Below are positions 31,051 through 41,775 of a stretch of 64,000 bases of DNA, in pieces (position 1 is the stretch's first letter; every line of letters begins with the position of its first letter). The position numbers were made by a program, and so were the translations under genes. The DNA is from an uncultured Helcococcus sp. (GTDB lineage: Bacteria > Bacillota > Clostridia > Tissierellales > Peptoniphilaceae), in assembly GCA_937926545.1 (NCBI GenBank), contig CALAZW010000067.1:1062-65061 (forward strand), given 5' to 3'. The notes beneath the pieces were generated by a model. It did no database searches. It was not told the DNA's origin and saw only the letters and a list, made by a program, of their open reading frames with translations.

Positions 31051-32026
31051 TGTCTTCAACTTCTTCCTCAGTTCCTGCTATGCTTTCTCTCATTTGGGTA
31101 TCAGCCAAGATATTTTGCATGTTATAGTAGTCCATAACCCCCATCTTACCTTCTTTTAAAGCTGCTGCTAGGGCTAGAGGTACTTCAGATTCGGCCTCTA
31201 CTACCTTGGCCCTCATCCTTCTTATTTCAGCCTTCATTTCCTGTTCAGTTGCAACTGCCATGGCCCTTCTTTCCTCTGCCTTGGCTTGGGCAATTTTCTT
31301 GTCAGCTTCAGCCTGTTCAGTTTGAAGCTTGGCCCCCACATTTCGTCCCACATCCACATCAGCTATATCTATAGATAAAATCTCAAAGGCTGTTCCTGAA
31401 TCCAAGCCCTTATTTAAGACGGTCTTTGAAATCAAGTCTGGATTTTCCAAAACTTCAGAGTGGTTTTTAGCAGAACCAACAGTGGTTACTATCCCCTCTC
31501 CTACTCTGGCTATAATGGTTTCTTCTCCAGCTCCCCCAACCAACCTGTCAATGTTGGCCCTAACTGTTACCTTGGCCTTGGCTGTTACTTCTATACCATC
31601 CATGGCTACAGCTGCTATTTCTGGTGTTTCTATTACCTTGGGATTTACTGAAACCTGAACCGCTTCAAAAACATTTCTACCAGCCAGGTCTATGGCTGCA
31701 GCTTGTTTGAAGGAAAGGTCTATATTGGCCCTTTGGGCGGCTATTAGGGCATCTACTACTGTATTTATGTTACCACCTGCCAAATAGTGGGCTTCCAGCT
31801 CGTCTATTTGAATATCAAGTCCTGCCTTGGTGGCCTTGATCATAGGGTTTATTATCCTTGATGGTACAACCCTTCTTAGTCTCATTCCCATCAGGGTAGA
31901 CATCTTAACACTTACTCCTGAGAAAAAGGCTGTTATCCACAGACCCACAGGAATAAAGGTAAAGAATAGGGATAAGAAAATTATCACTAGTACTGTTATA
32001 AATATAATTGAAAAGTTTACTGGCAT
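31037..32026 (-). CDS. floA: Flotillin-like protein FloA (YqfA/UPF0365 family)
   Basis: 329 aa with an N-terminal TM hairpin, an SPFH-like core and an EA-rich C-terminal helix. Confidence 0.88.
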   Translation of the reverse strand: MPVNFSIIFITVLVIIFLSLFFTFIPVGLWITAFFSGVSVKMSTLMGMRLRRVVPSRIINPMIKATKAGLDIQIDELEAHYLAGGNINTVVDALIAAQRANIDLSFKQAAAIDLAGRNVFEAVQVSVNPKVIETPEIAAVAMDGIEVTAKAKVTVRANIDRLVGGAGEETIIARVGEGIVTTVGSAKNHSEVLENPDLISKTVLNKGLDSGTAFEILSIDIADVDVGRNVGAKLQTEQAEADKKIAQAKAEERRAMAVATEQEMKAEIRRMRAKVVEAESEVPLALAAALKEGKMGVMDYYNMQNILADTQMRESIAGTEEEVEDNEKK

Positions 32027-32511
32027 TAATCAATCCTCCTACAATAAATTTTATTTCCTTTTATTTCTATTATTTCTATCTTGGCTCCTTGTTCTATAAA
32101 TTCCTCACAGGACTGGGCCTCATAGACCTTACCTGCCACCCTGATTTTACCAACTGGTCTCAGGTTGGACATGACAACTCCTATATTTTTATCTGGCCTG
32201 CCCTCTGTCACTGCTTCTGACTCTATAGACTTATCCAAAATCAAGTCCTTGGCTTTTTTTGTCTTCAAAATTATTCTTATTAGGACAAAGGATATAATAA
32301 CTGCAATAGTAAAAGATACTAAAATATTATTAAGGGGATCTTCTATCTCTGAAACAAGCCCTATGGCTATGTAGATAAATACCGCCCCCGTTATACCTAT
32401 GGCCCCAAAACTGGGAATAAAGACTTCAAACAAAATGGCCGTCACACCTGCTATTAAAAGTAGTGAAAATAATATGTTTATATCAACTAAACTAAATGGC
32501 CACATAGTCAT
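32026..32511 (-). CDS. NfeD-family membrane protein
   Basis: Three to four TM helices plus a C-terminal OB-like soluble domain. It overlaps the floA start by 1 nt. Confidence 0.8.
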   Translation of the reverse strand: MTMWPFSLVDINILFSLLLIAGVTAILFEVFIPSFGAIGITGAVFIYIAIGLVSEIEDPLNNILVSFTIAVIISFVLIRIILKTKKAKDLILDKSIESEAVTEGRPDKNIGVVMSNLRPVGKIRVAGKVYEAQSCEEFIEQGAKIEIIEIKGNKIYCRRID

Positions 32512-32624
32512 TCCTCCTTTATTAAAGTATACCCTTTTAGGCCCTTTATTACCATATTGTTATATTGGAAAATATATTCCCAGGTATAAATATGGTATAA
32601 TAAGAATAAATAAGGAGGGATTTT

Positions 32625-33302
32625 ATGAATAGAAAATTAAAATCATTTATTTTAACATTAATGTTAGCACTTGCTTCTCTATCTATGGTGGCATGTACAT
32701 CTAACAAGGACAAAGAAGACAATAAGCCAGTGGAAGATATAGAGGACAAAAAAGACGAGAAGGACAAAGACGAGGACTCTCCAAAAGATCCTGAAGAAAA
32801 CAAGGATGAAGATAAGGATGAGAAACCTGAGGAAGATAAGGAAGAAAATCCTGAAGAGGACAAAAAAGACGAGAAAGACGAAGACAAGCAAGAAAAACCT
32901 GAAGAGGACAAAAATGAAGCAGGTTTTAACCAAAAACAAACTGATATACTTATCTCTGAAATAAACAATAGAAACAATGGAGAAATTGCCATCACTGAAG
33001 ACAATAATGACAGTGGCCAACCAGTAGATTTAAGCAAGCTACAAGCTGTAGCCAAGTTTGACAATGACATAGGCTTTGGCTGGGTGGTAAAATATGATGA
33101 CAATAAAATTGGTATTATCAGCCACTATAAGGCTGCCAGCCATGACAAGTTTGTATTTTGGGGAGAAAAAGCCGTTATGAATATGGCCCCAAACTTCTCT
33201 GGTCTAAAAACTGGAAGCGCCCAAGAATTCAAGGATGCGGTTGAACCTATCCTATCAAATGAAACGGCCTTTCCTGATTCAAAAATAGAATATTGTTACT
33301 AA
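32625..33302 (+). CDS. Lipoprotein with a roughly 75-aa acidic D/E/K/P low-complexity linker and a C-terminal domain of unknown function
   Basis: Signal peptide with lipobox SMVAC, a DKEDNKP...EEDKNE linker, and an extended -10 (TGGTATAAT) upstream. Confidence 0.75.
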   Translation: MNRKLKSFILTLMLALASLSMVACTSNKDKEDNKPVEDIEDKKDEKDKDEDSPKDPEENKDEDKDEKPEEDKEENPEEDKKDEKDEDKQEKPEEDKNEAGFNQKQTDILISEINNRNNGEIAITEDNNDSGQPVDLSKLQAVAKFDNDIGFGWVVKYDDNKIGIISHYKAASHDKFVFWGEKAVMNMAPNFSGLKTGSAQEFKDAVEPILSNETAFPDSKIEYCY

Positions 33303-33336
33303 AAAAAGACTGATTGGATTACCAATCAGTTTTTAT
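33303..33336 (+). terminator. Intrinsic terminator after the lipoprotein gene
   Basis: ACTGATTGG-ATTA-CCAATCAGT followed by TTTT. Confidence 0.8.
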
Positions 33337-33341
33337 ATTTT

Positions 33342-33371
33342 AAAAATAAAAATGGCAGATAAATCTGCCAT
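33342..33371 (-). terminator. Intrinsic terminator after rpsU
   Basis: UGGCAGA-UUUA-UCUGCCA followed by a U-rich tract on the minus strand. Confidence 0.7.
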
Positions 33372-33381
33372 AAAACCCAAA

Positions 33382-33561
33382 TTAGCCTCTTTTTTTCTTT
33401 CTTCTTGCTGCTTCAGATTTTTTCTTTCTCTTTATACTTGGTTTTTCATAGTGTTCTCTTTTTCTGTATTCAGAAAGAACTCCTGAACGAGCACATTGCC
33501 TTTTAAATCTTTTAAGAGCATTATCTATAGATTCGTTTTCGCCAACCTTAATCTCTGTCAT
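33382..33561 (-). CDS. rpsU: 30S ribosomal protein S21
   Basis: The protein reads [22 protein letters not shown]... The ATG follows GGAGGG. Confidence 0.95.
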   Translation of the reverse strand: MTEIKVGENESIDNALKRFKRQCARSGVLSEYRKREHYEKPSIKRKKKSEAARRKKKRG

Positions 33562-33620
33562 CAACTATCCCTCCCCTCATACTCTCAAGAGTGTCCTTAC
33601 AGGACTTTAGATACTTTATG

Positions 33621-33649
33621 ATTATATTATAAATGTAAATATTTTGCAA
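33621..33649 (-). promoter_or_regulatory. Sigma-A type promoter of rpsU
   Basis: TTGCAA-17 nt-TATAAT on the minus strand. Confidence 0.6.
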
Positions 33650-33681
33650 CAGCAAGTTGCATGAAATCAATCATGTTTATT

Positions 33682-34020
33682 CTAGCCTGGTGGCCATAAC
33701 ATTTTTCTTTCAGCCAATAGATGAAAGTGTAGGTGCTCTACCGTTTGACCTCCATCCAATCCGCAATTATTCACAATTCTATAGCCATCTTTATCAAAAC
33801 CCTTTTCCTTGGCAAAGTTTCTTATTGCCTTAAAAATTCTAGCTACTATAATATCTTCATCTTCCAATTCATTGGTTGAGTTAATATGAGCTTTAGGGAT
33901 AAAAAGAACATGAACAGGGGCTTGTGGATCCATATCGTTAAAAGCAAATACATAGTCGTCTTCATAGACAACCTCTGTAGGAATTTCCTTATTTGCTAAC
34001 TTACAAAAAATACAGTCCAT
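33682..34020 (-). CDS. HIT-family nucleotide hydrolase (Hint-like)
   Basis: Histidine triad HLHFHLL. 112 aa. Confidence 0.9.
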   Translation of the reverse strand: MDCIFCKLANKEIPTEVVYEDDYVFAFNDMDPQAPVHVLFIPKAHINSTNELEDEDIIVARIFKAIRNFAKEKGFDKDGYRIVNNCGLDGGQTVEHLHFHLLAERKMLWPPG

Positions 34021-34031
34021 TATTTCACCTC

Positions 34032-35339
34032 CTAGTCAATAATCTCTCCATAAAGTTGATCTTCAATCCTCTTATCTATTTTAACCCTTTTTATTGTATT
34101 TTTCAAACTTTCATCATGAGGAACCTTTATTCTCAAGTAATTTGTTGAATATCCACTACTGTATTTGGAGTTACTGGTGTGGATTTCAAAAAGTACATCT
34201 AGGGTTTTTCCTATATAACCATCTAGGAAATCTCCTGCTATTTTTCCTTCTAAATCATTTAATTCCCTGGCCCTCTTCTTCTTGATTTTATTGGGCACTT
34301 GATTTTTAAAAGTGGCCGCTGGGGTTCCTTCCCTTCTAGAATAAGGGAAGATATGAATCTTAGAAAAGTTTATGGTCCTAATAAAGTCCATGGTTTCCTG
34401 GTGGTTTTTTTCACTTTCCCCTGGGAAGCCACAAATCAAGTCTGTGGTAATTCCTGCATCTGGAAAATAACTTCTAATCAAGTCTATCTTCTCAGCATAT
34501 TCCTTACTGTCATACCTTCTATTCATGGCCTTTAAAACATCATCTGAACCACTTTGCAAGGATAGGTGGAAATGGTCACAGGCCTTTTTTGTAGCCTTAA
34601 GACGGGCTAAAAAATCATCTGTTATGGTATTGGGCTCAACACTTGACAGCCTAATTCTTTCTATTCCATCAATGGCTGCTACCCCCTCTATCACGTCAAT
34701 CAATCTTTGATAGTCCTTGCCCTTGTCCTTACCATAAGACTCCACATGGATACCTGTTAAGATAAGTTCCTTATAGCCAGCCAGAGCTAGTCTTTTAGCC
34801 TCATCTATAATGTGACCATAGTCCCTAGATGATATGGGGCCTCTAGCATAGGGAATGATACAGTAGCTACAAAACATATTGCAGCCTTCCTGGATCTTTA
34901 TATAGGCCCTGGTCATATTTCTATCCTCATTGGTTTCCATTTCATCAAAGTCCTGGTTTTTCTTAATGTTTTCAACCACATTTATCTTTTGCTGGTTTTT
35001 TTCATAGTCTTCAACCAGGTCTAAAATCTTATGCCTATGCTTGGTTCCAACTACTATATCAACGCCCTCCAAGGCCTCAACCTCTTCTGCTGACACTTGG
35101 CTATAGCAGCCTACTACAGCTATGGTGGCCTGAGGGTTTAACTTTCTAGCCTTGGATATATACTGCCTGGACTTACTGTCCGCTGCAGCAGTAACTGTAC
35201 AGGTATTAATAATGTAGGTGTCGGCAGCCTGGTCCCTGTCCACCTTGTCATAGCCATTTTGAATAAAGATTTTTTCCATGGCCTCACTTTCATACTGGTT
35301 TACCTTGCAACCCAGAGTATATATGTTAAATGTCTTCAT
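34032..35339 (-). CDS. mtaB: tRNA t6A37 methylthiotransferase MtaB (radical SAM)
   Basis: UPF0004 N-terminal domain, CNMFCSYC cluster motif and a TRAM-like C-terminus. The position matches yqeV in B. subtilis. Confidence 0.85.
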   Translation of the reverse strand: MKTFNIYTLGCKVNQYESEAMEKIFIQNGYDKVDRDQAADTYIINTCTVTAAADSKSRQYISKARKLNPQATIAVVGCYSQVSAEEVEALEGVDIVVGTKHRHKILDLVEDYEKNQQKINVVENIKKNQDFDEMETNEDRNMTRAYIKIQEGCNMFCSYCIIPYARGPISSRDYGHIIDEAKRLALAGYKELILTGIHVESYGKDKGKDYQRLIDVIEGVAAIDGIERIRLSSVEPNTITDDFLARLKATKKACDHFHLSLQSGSDDVLKAMNRRYDSKEYAEKIDLIRSYFPDAGITTDLICGFPGESEKNHQETMDFIRTINFSKIHIFPYSRREGTPAATFKNQVPNKIKKKRARELNDLEGKIAGDFLDGYIGKTLDVLFEIHTSNSKYSSGYSTNYLRIKVPHDESLKNTIKRVKIDKRIEDQLYGEIID

Positions 35340-36073
35340 TATAAGTCTCCTAATTCATACTGTATTATAGATGTTAATGTTATGGCAGCAGTTTCCGTTC
35401 TAAGGATCCTATTACCTAAATTTACCACCTGGGCCCCAGCCTCTCTTAAGATTTCTACTTCCTCTTCAGAAAATCCTCCCTCGGGGCCAACAATCACATT
35501 TACTTCTTCAATGGATTTCTCACCCAGGGAAACCAAGACCTTCTTAAAGTCCTCTCCCCTTAGCTCATAGGCTAAAATACTAGGCTGGCCCTTGATTTGC
35601 TCGGCCATTTTTTTAAAGTCTATCACAGGATTTACTCTGGCTATCAGGTCTCTTTTAGCCTGTTTGCTGGCAGCCTTAGCTATTTCTTCATACCTTTTAA
35701 GTTTCTTCTTTTCCTTCTTTTGGTCCCATTTAACTATGGTTCTTTCACTGTTAAAGGGGGTTATGGAAAAAACTCCCAATTCTATAGTCTTTTGGATGAT
35801 AAGCTCCAGCTTATCTGACTTGGGTAGGCCCTGGTAAAGATTTATTTTTAAAGGTGATTCATTGTCGCCTTTTCTCCTAGCTAAGATTTGACAAACCAAA
35901 TAACTTTGGGCATCTTCTTCAATTTTAACCAGGTAAATCTGGTCATCTATAACGACTTCAAATTCTTCCTTAGAGTCAATTCTAAGGACCTTTACAATGT
36001 GTTTATAGTTTTCATCAAAGATATAAATTTTATCATCTTTTAAATTATTAGCTTCTTCAAAAAATCTATACAT
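35339..36073 (-). CDS. rsmE: 16S rRNA (uracil1498-N3)-methyltransferase
   Basis: The protein starts MYRFF, has GPEGGFSEEE and a C-terminal SPOUT knot motif. Confidence 0.88.
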   Translation of the reverse strand: MYRFFEEANNLKDDKIYIFDENYKHIVKVLRIDSKEEFEVVIDDQIYLVKIEEDAQSYLVCQILARRKGDNESPLKINLYQGLPKSDKLELIIQKTIELGVFSITPFNSERTIVKWDQKKEKKKLKRYEEIAKAASKQAKRDLIARVNPVIDFKKMAEQIKGQPSILAYELRGEDFKKVLVSLGEKSIEEVNVIVGPEGGFSEEEVEILREAGAQVVNLGNRILRTETAAITLTSIIQYELGDL

Positions 36074-36074
36074 C

Positions 36075-36986
36075 TTAATTTTGGGCTACTAGTAAAACCC
36101 AATCTCCTTTATATTTTTTATCAATTAACCTGTAGTTATTTCTCTCTAGGGCCTCTACGACCAAGTCTTCTCTTTCCTTAATAATTCCAGATAAAACTAA
36201 AAGTCCTCCTGGTCTTATGTGGTCCTTGGAAGCATCCAACATAAGAACCAAGATCTCAGCTAAAATGTTGGCAAAGATTAAATCATAACTGCCCTGGGCC
36301 TGGGAGAATAGATCACTGTAGAAGCTATCTATATTGTCCACCCTATTTATTTGGGCATTTTCCTTGGTTGAAGCAAGAGCATATTCATCTATATCCACTG
36401 CATCAATGTGGCTGGCTCCCAACTTGCTGGCAAGGATGGATAAGATTCCAGAGCCACAGCCTATGTCTAAGATTTCCTTACCCTCCAGGTTCTTGTCTTC
36501 TATATATTCCATACACATGGATGTGGTTTCATGGCTACCTGTCCCAAAGGCCATCTTAGGGTCTATTTCTATAACCATTTTTTCTCCATCCTCTACTTCT
36601 TCCCAGCTGGGCTTGATTAAAATATTTTTACCTATGGTAAAGGACTGATAGGATTTCTTCCACTCATCCTCCCAATTGGAGTTGTCCACCTTTTCTTCTA
36701 AAAGCTGAACATCCTCTATGTTTTTTTGAACAGTCTTTTTAAATCTTTCAGCCTCTTTTATTCCTTCTTGGTCCTGGTTGAAATAAATCTTAAGAGTGAT
36801 TTTTTCCTCTTTTTTATAGGTTAAATCAGTTATTTCCCAGTCCTTCATATTATTTAAGTAGTCTTTTATATCTTCGCTATCTTCTATTTCCAAGCCTACA
36901 AAGTCATAGTCATAGATAAGTTGGTCTATGTAGTCCCTGTGGCATCTATCCATTATAAATTTTACTAATATAAATTGATTTTCCAT
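36075..36986 (-). CDS. prmA: Ribosomal protein L11 methyltransferase
   Basis: AFGTGSHETT and DIGCGSGILS motifs. Confidence 0.9.
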   Translation of the reverse strand: MENQFILVKFIMDRCHRDYIDQLIYDYDFVGLEIEDSEDIKDYLNNMKDWEITDLTYKKEEKITLKIYFNQDQEGIKEAERFKKTVQKNIEDVQLLEEKVDNSNWEDEWKKSYQSFTIGKNILIKPSWEEVEDGEKMVIEIDPKMAFGTGSHETTSMCMEYIEDKNLEGKEILDIGCGSGILSILASKLGASHIDAVDIDEYALASTKENAQINRVDNIDSFYSDLFSQAQGSYDLIFANILAEILVLMLDASKDHIRPGGLLVLSGIIKEREDLVVEALERNNYRLIDKKYKGDWVLLVAQN

Positions 36987-37062
36987 TCTTCACCTCTCAT
37001 CATTTCATTATATCAATTATTATGTAAAATAAAAAAGCTTTTAGGATAACCTAAAAACCTTT

Positions 37063-38187
37063 TTAGTCAAAGAAATCTTTTATCTTGTCAAAGAAGTTCT
37101 TTCTTGGTTCCCTAACTTCCTTGCCTGAGATTTCTGAAAATTCCTTTAATTTTTCCTTTTGTTCCTTGCTTAGATCCTTGGGAATTATAACCTTAACATC
37201 AAAGTATAAATCGCCTGGTCTCTTAGTCCTAACATCCTTTACCCCCTTGTTTTTAACCTTGAATCTGGTTGCTGGTTGAGTTCCTGCAGGTATGGTATAG
37301 TCCATGGTACCATCCAATAGGGGTATCTCAATTTCCTCGCCCAGACTGGCTGTAACAAAGCTTATGGGAAGTTCATAGTAGATGTCATTTCCACTTCTCT
37401 TAAAGATTTCATGTTCCTCTACTGTGACTATAATATAAAGGTCTCCTGATGGGCCGCCATTTTCTCCTTCATTTCCCTTACCTCTAATAGGTATTATGGA
37501 GCCATTGTCTATGCCTTCTGGTATCTTAACCTTTATCTTCATATTGTTCATAACCTGTCCCTTGCCGTGACAAGTTTCACATTTTTCCTTAATTATTTCT
37601 CCACTACCATTACATTCATCACAGGTTTCCACTGATGTAAATTGACCAAATGGAGTAGATCTTTGGTATTTTACCTGTCCGCTACCCTGACACTTGTGGC
37701 AGGTTTCCTTGGAGCTGCCATCCTTAACTCCACTTCCGGAACAGGACTTACAATTTTCTTTTCTTCTAAATTGAACTTCTTTTTCAACACCGAAAACAGC
37801 TTCCTTGAAACTTATATGAAGCCTAGTTTCAATATCCGTTCCCCTTCTAGGTCTATTGGGATCAGTTTTTTGATAACTTTGGCCTCCGCCAAATAAATCA
37901 GAGAAAAGGTCAGAGAAAATATCTCCCACGCCCCCTCCAAAACCTCCGCCTCCAAAGCCTGAATTAGGGTCAAAAGCCGCCTCGCCATACCTATCATACA
38001 TGTCCCTTTTTTCCGGGTCTGAAAGAATGGAGTAGGCCTCATTTATTTCCTTTAATTTTTCTGATGCTTCATCATCATTGGGATTTAAATCCGGATGATA
38101 TTTTTTCGCAAGTCTTCTATATTGTTTTTTCAATTCATCAGAAGTTATACTGGTATCTACTTCCAGCACTTCATATGGATTTCTCAT
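37063..38187 (-). CDS. dnaJ: Molecular chaperone DnaJ
   Basis: J domain with HPD, a G/F region and four CxxCxG zinc repeats. Confidence 0.97.
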   Translation of the reverse strand: MRNPYEVLEVDTSITSDELKKQYRRLAKKYHPDLNPNDDEASEKLKEINEAYSILSDPEKRDMYDRYGEAAFDPNSGFGGGGFGGGVGDIFSDLFSDLFGGGQSYQKTDPNRPRRGTDIETRLHISFKEAVFGVEKEVQFRRKENCKSCSGSGVKDGSSKETCHKCQGSGQVKYQRSTPFGQFTSVETCDECNGSGEIIKEKCETCHGKGQVMNNMKIKVKIPEGIDNGSIIPIRGKGNEGENGGPSGDLYIIVTVEEHEIFKRSGNDIYYELPISFVTASLGEEIEIPLLDGTMDYTIPAGTQPATRFKVKNKGVKDVRTKRPGDLYFDVKVIIPKDLSKEQKEKLKEFSEISGKEVREPRKNFFDKIKDFFD

Positions 38188-38243
38188 ACTTCACCGTCCT
38201 ATTAATAATCTTTATTATATTATAATTAAATCGGAATAATTGC

Positions 38244-38271
38244 AAATAAAAAGGAGGATATCCTCCCTTTT
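38244..38271 (-). terminator. Hairpin/terminator between dnaK and dnaJ
   Basis: GGGAGG-AUAU-CCUCCU followed by a U-rich tract on the minus strand. It is probably a partial terminator. Confidence 0.55.
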
Positions 38272-38282
38272 ATCACATTATA

Positions 38283-40118
38283 TTACTTTTCTTCGTCTTC
38301 ATCATCGATTACTTCGTAATCAGCATCTACCACATCGTCATCTGCTTGAGCATCTGCACCTGGTTGACCTTGGGCTTCAGGTCCTGCTTGAGCATATAAT
38401 TTTTCACTCATCTTATTTAATTCAGCTGTCAAGTCTTCGATCTTAGCTTGGATTTCTTCCACATTTTCAGAATCCAATACTTTTTTCAATTCTTCATTTT
38501 TAGCTTCAATTGCCTTCTTTTCATCATCTGAAATCTTATCTCCCAAGTCAGCAAGAGTCTTTTCAACTTGGTAGGCTATTGATTCACCTTGGTTTTTAGT
38601 TTCTATTAATTCTTTTTTCTTCTTGTCTTCTTCTGCAAACTTTTCAGCTTCTTGAACTCTCTTTTCAATTTCATCATCACTTAAGTTGGTTGATGCTGTA
38701 ATTGTAATCTTTTGTTCCTTACCTGTTCCCAAGTCCTTAGCTGAAACATTTACTATACCATTTGCGTCTATGTCAAAGGTTACTTCAATTTGTGGAACTC
38801 CTCTTGGAGCTGTTGGGATTCCTGATAATTGGAATCTTCCTAAGGTTGTATTGTCTACAGCCATTTGTCTTTCACCTTGTAGTACATGTATATCTACAGC
38901 TGTTTGTCCATCTGCTGCTGTTGTAAATATTTGTGATTTCTTAGTTGGTATAGTTGTATTTCTTTCTATTAAAACAGTGTTTACTCCACCTAGTGTTTCA
39001 AGTCCCAATGATAAAGGAGTAACGTCTAATAATAATAAATCCTTAACTTCTCCAGATAATACTCCCCCTTGAATAGCTGCTCCCAAGGAAACAGATTCAT
39101 CTGGGTTAATATCCTTTTGAGGATCCTTGCCTATTAAACTCTTAACAGCTTCTTGAACTGCTGGAATTCTTGTTGAACCACCAACCAATAATACCTTGTC
39201 TATTTCAGAATTTTGAAGACCTGCATCCTTTAAGGCTGACCTTACTGGTTCCATAGTTTCTTCTACTAAATCTCTAGTTAATTCTTCAAACTTAGATCTG
39301 CTAATGTCCATATTCAAGTGAACTGGTACTCCATTAACGGCTGTGATAAATGGTAGGTTCACATTTGTTGACATGGTTGTTGACAATTCCTTCTTAGCCT
39401 TTTCAGCTGCATCCTTTAATCTTTGTAGGGATGTTGGATCTGCCTTTAAGTCAACTCCTTGTTCCTTCTTAAATTCTTGAGCCATATAGTCCATTAATTT
39501 ATCATCAAAGTCATCTCCACCTAGCTTGTTGTTACCTCTAGTTGATAATACTTCAAATACTCCATCTCCTACTTCCAGGATGGAAACGTCAAAGGTACCA
39601 CCACCCAAGTCAAATACCATGATCTTATGTTGGTCTGTTTCCTTGTCCATACCATAGGATAAGGCCGCTGCCGTTGGCTCGTTTATGATTCTTTTTACAT
39701 CCAAGCCTGCAATTTTTCCAGCGTCCTTGGTAGCTTGTCTTTGGGCATCTGTAAAGTAGGCAGGTACTGTAATAACTGCTTCTGTAACAGCTTCTCCCAA
39801 GTAAGCTTCTGTATCAGCCTTTAATTTTTGTAAAATCATAGCTGAAATTTCTTCTGGTGAGTAGTCCTTACCATCTATAGTTACCTTGAAATCCCTACCC
39901 ATTTCTCTTTTTATTGAAGAGATTGTTCTTTCTGGGTTCATAATAGCTTGTCTTTTAGCTGTTTCCCCAATTAGTCTTTCTCCATCTTTTGTAAATGCTA
40001 CAACTGATGGTGTAGTTCTATTACCTTCTGCGTTAGGAATTATTGTGGCTTGTCCACCTTCCATTACTGCAACTGCTGAGTTTGTTGTACCTAAGTCAAT
40101 ACCTATAATTTTTCCCAT
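38283..40118 (-). CDS. dnaK: Molecular chaperone DnaK (Hsp70)
   Basis: [10 protein letters not shown] and DLGGGTFD motifs. 611 aa. Confidence 0.98.
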   Translation of the reverse strand: MGKIIGIDLGTTNSAVAVMEGGQATIIPNAEGNRTTPSVVAFTKDGERLIGETAKRQAIMNPERTISSIKREMGRDFKVTIDGKDYSPEEISAMILQKLKADTEAYLGEAVTEAVITVPAYFTDAQRQATKDAGKIAGLDVKRIINEPTAAALSYGMDKETDQHKIMVFDLGGGTFDVSILEVGDGVFEVLSTRGNNKLGGDDFDDKLMDYMAQEFKKEQGVDLKADPTSLQRLKDAAEKAKKELSTTMSTNVNLPFITAVNGVPVHLNMDISRSKFEELTRDLVEETMEPVRSALKDAGLQNSEIDKVLLVGGSTRIPAVQEAVKSLIGKDPQKDINPDESVSLGAAIQGGVLSGEVKDLLLLDVTPLSLGLETLGGVNTVLIERNTTIPTKKSQIFTTAADGQTAVDIHVLQGERQMAVDNTTLGRFQLSGIPTAPRGVPQIEVTFDIDANGIVNVSAKDLGTGKEQKITITASTNLSDDEIEKRVQEAEKFAEEDKKKKELIETKNQGESIAYQVEKTLADLGDKISDDEKKAIEAKNEELKKVLDSENVEEIQAKIEDLTAELNKMSEKLYAQAGPEAQGQPGADAQADDDVVDADYEVIDDEDEEK

Positions 40119-40131
40119 AATTTACTCCTCC

Positions 40132-40656
40132 TTATTTGGCAACCTTTACCATTGCCGGTCTAATCACTTTTTCATCTATCATATAACCTTTTTGAAATGT
40201 CTCAATCACATGTTCTGATTCAACTTCATCGTTTTCTTCAATAAATACTGCATGATGGAAGTTAGGATCAAACTTAGCCCCATCAGATTCAATTTCCTTA
40301 AGTCCTTCATTTTCAAGCACTTGTAAAAACTCATCTCTGATTAAAACTATGCCTGCCACAAATGAATCTTCTTCATCTGCATTGGCCAAGGCCCTATCCA
40401 TATTGTCCACAACTGATAACAACTTTAGTATCAAGCCTTCATTGGCATACTTGTGGATATTTGATTTTTCTTTTTCTGTCCTATTTTTATAGTTAATAAA
40501 ATCCGCTTGAAGTCTGGCTAAAGATTCTTTTAAGGAAGCTTCATTTTCGCTATCAGCCTTAGGCTCTTCCTTTATTTCCTCTTCGATCTCTTCTACTTGG
40601 TCAACAACTTCAGCTTCAATCTCTTCCAGGTCCTGTTCTTTTTTCTTGTCAGTCAT
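40132..40656 (-). CDS. grpE: Nucleotide exchange factor GrpE
   Basis: Acidic N-terminus, coiled coil, and DPNFHHAV. Confidence 0.93.
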   Translation of the reverse strand: MTDKKKEQDLEEIEAEVVDQVEEIEEEIKEEPKADSENEASLKESLARLQADFINYKNRTEKEKSNIHKYANEGLILKLLSVVDNMDRALANADEEDSFVAGIVLIRDEFLQVLENEGLKEIESDGAKFDPNFHHAVFIEENDEVESEHVIETFQKGYMIDEKVIRPAMVKVAK

Positions 40657-40668
40657 TTTTTCACTTCC

Positions 40669-41691
40669 TTATACATTTCTATTGATATTGCCATTTATAT
40701 ACTTGGTAACAATGGCCAAATCAGATATTACTTTTTCATAATCCATCCTATTGGGTCCTATTACTCCAATCTTTCCCTTAAGGCCTTCCATATTCCTATA
40801 GGTCGCTGTAATAATTGAGTGTTGGGCCAAGTCCTTGATGCCTATCTCCTCGCCTATATAAATCTGTAGGTCTGTTTCCATATTGGATGCCAATAGCTCC
40901 TTTAGAGGATTTTCATCTTTCAAATACCTAATGAGTTCTTGGTTTTCTTCTAATGTTACATCATTGAAGATATAGAGATTACCCAGGCCTTCATAAATAA
41001 CCTTGGCCTCTAAACCATCCCTGCTAGTCCTTTCGATTATGGGGATTATCTCATGTAAAACTTCATGTTGAGCCGCCAATATCTTATACATATCTGTATG
41101 GACTATATCAATAATGTCTTCCAATCTCATGTCTACTAGGGTGCTCTTTAAGACCCTGTTTACTATGTCAATTTTTTCAAAACTAGTAGGTATCTTTAAC
41201 CTAACCACATCATTCTTAACTGCTTTTGAATTATAGATATAGTTGATCACCAAGTCTCTAGGTGTTAGATAAACCACATCTATGTGTTTCAAATAGACAT
41301 CTGCCATTCCGGGCACCAGTCCTACAGCCGTATAATTGGTTATGGCTGAGAGCATGGTGGTTGCATTGGAAATAATGTTTTCAAATTCATTGGATTCTTC
41401 TATCCTTCTCATATCAAATAATTCAGGAACCTTCTTCCTAAAGGGTATTTGATCTGCCAAAAGGGCATTTACATAAAGCCTATAGGCCCTATTTGAAGGA
41501 ATTCTTCCAGATGAACTGTGCACCTTTTCCAAGTAACCTAATTCTTCCAAGTCACTCATCTCATTTCGAATGGTTGCAGCACTGACGCCTATTTGTTCAT
41601 CCTTGGACAAGGTCCTAGAACCAACCGGCTCTGCAGATTCTATATATGATTTAATTATCGAATTTAGTATCTTTAGTTTACGTTCGTCCAT
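40669..41691 (-). CDS. hrcA: Heat-inducible transcription repressor HrcA
   Basis: The protein reads MDERKLKILNSIIKSYIESAEPVGSRTL. 340 aa, the first gene of the dnaK operon. Confidence 0.95.
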   Translation of the reverse strand: MDERKLKILNSIIKSYIESAEPVGSRTLSKDEQIGVSAATIRNEMSDLEELGYLEKVHSSSGRIPSNRAYRLYVNALLADQIPFRKKVPELFDMRRIEESNEFENIISNATTMLSAITNYTAVGLVPGMADVYLKHIDVVYLTPRDLVINYIYNSKAVKNDVVRLKIPTSFEKIDIVNRVLKSTLVDMRLEDIIDIVHTDMYKILAAQHEVLHEIIPIIERTSRDGLEAKVIYEGLGNLYIFNDVTLEENQELIRYLKDENPLKELLASNMETDLQIYIGEEIGIKDLAQHSIITATYRNMEGLKGKIGVIGPNRMDYEKVISDLAIVTKYINGNINRNV

Positions 41692-41709
41692 GCTTGCTCC
41701 CTTCTCGTG

Positions 41710-41736
41710 TTAGCACTCTATCCCTTTGAGTGCTAA
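41710..41736 (-). promoter_or_regulatory. CIRCE operator in the hrcA-grpE-dnaK-dnaJ leader
   Basis: A perfect TTAGCACTC-N9-GAGTGCTAA. Confidence 0.95.
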
Positions 41737-41740
41737 CTAT

Positions 41741-41769
41741 ATAATATAGGACTTTTACTATCTTGTCAA
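41741..41769 (-). promoter_or_regulatory. Sigma-A type promoter of the dnaK operon
   Basis: TTGACA-17 nt-TATTAT on the minus strand, directly upstream of CIRCE. Confidence 0.8.
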
Positions 41770-41775
41770 GAACTT

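Noticed and set aside
32549-33103. A 184-aa Ser/Leu-rich minus-strand ORF and a 113-aa ORF (32679-33020) opposite the lipoprotein gene.
   Set aside because: They mirror the GAA/GAT/AAA-rich acidic linker, so they are low-complexity antisense artefacts. They have no RBS and no plausible fold. The plus-strand gene has a signal peptide, a lipobox, a promoter and a terminator.
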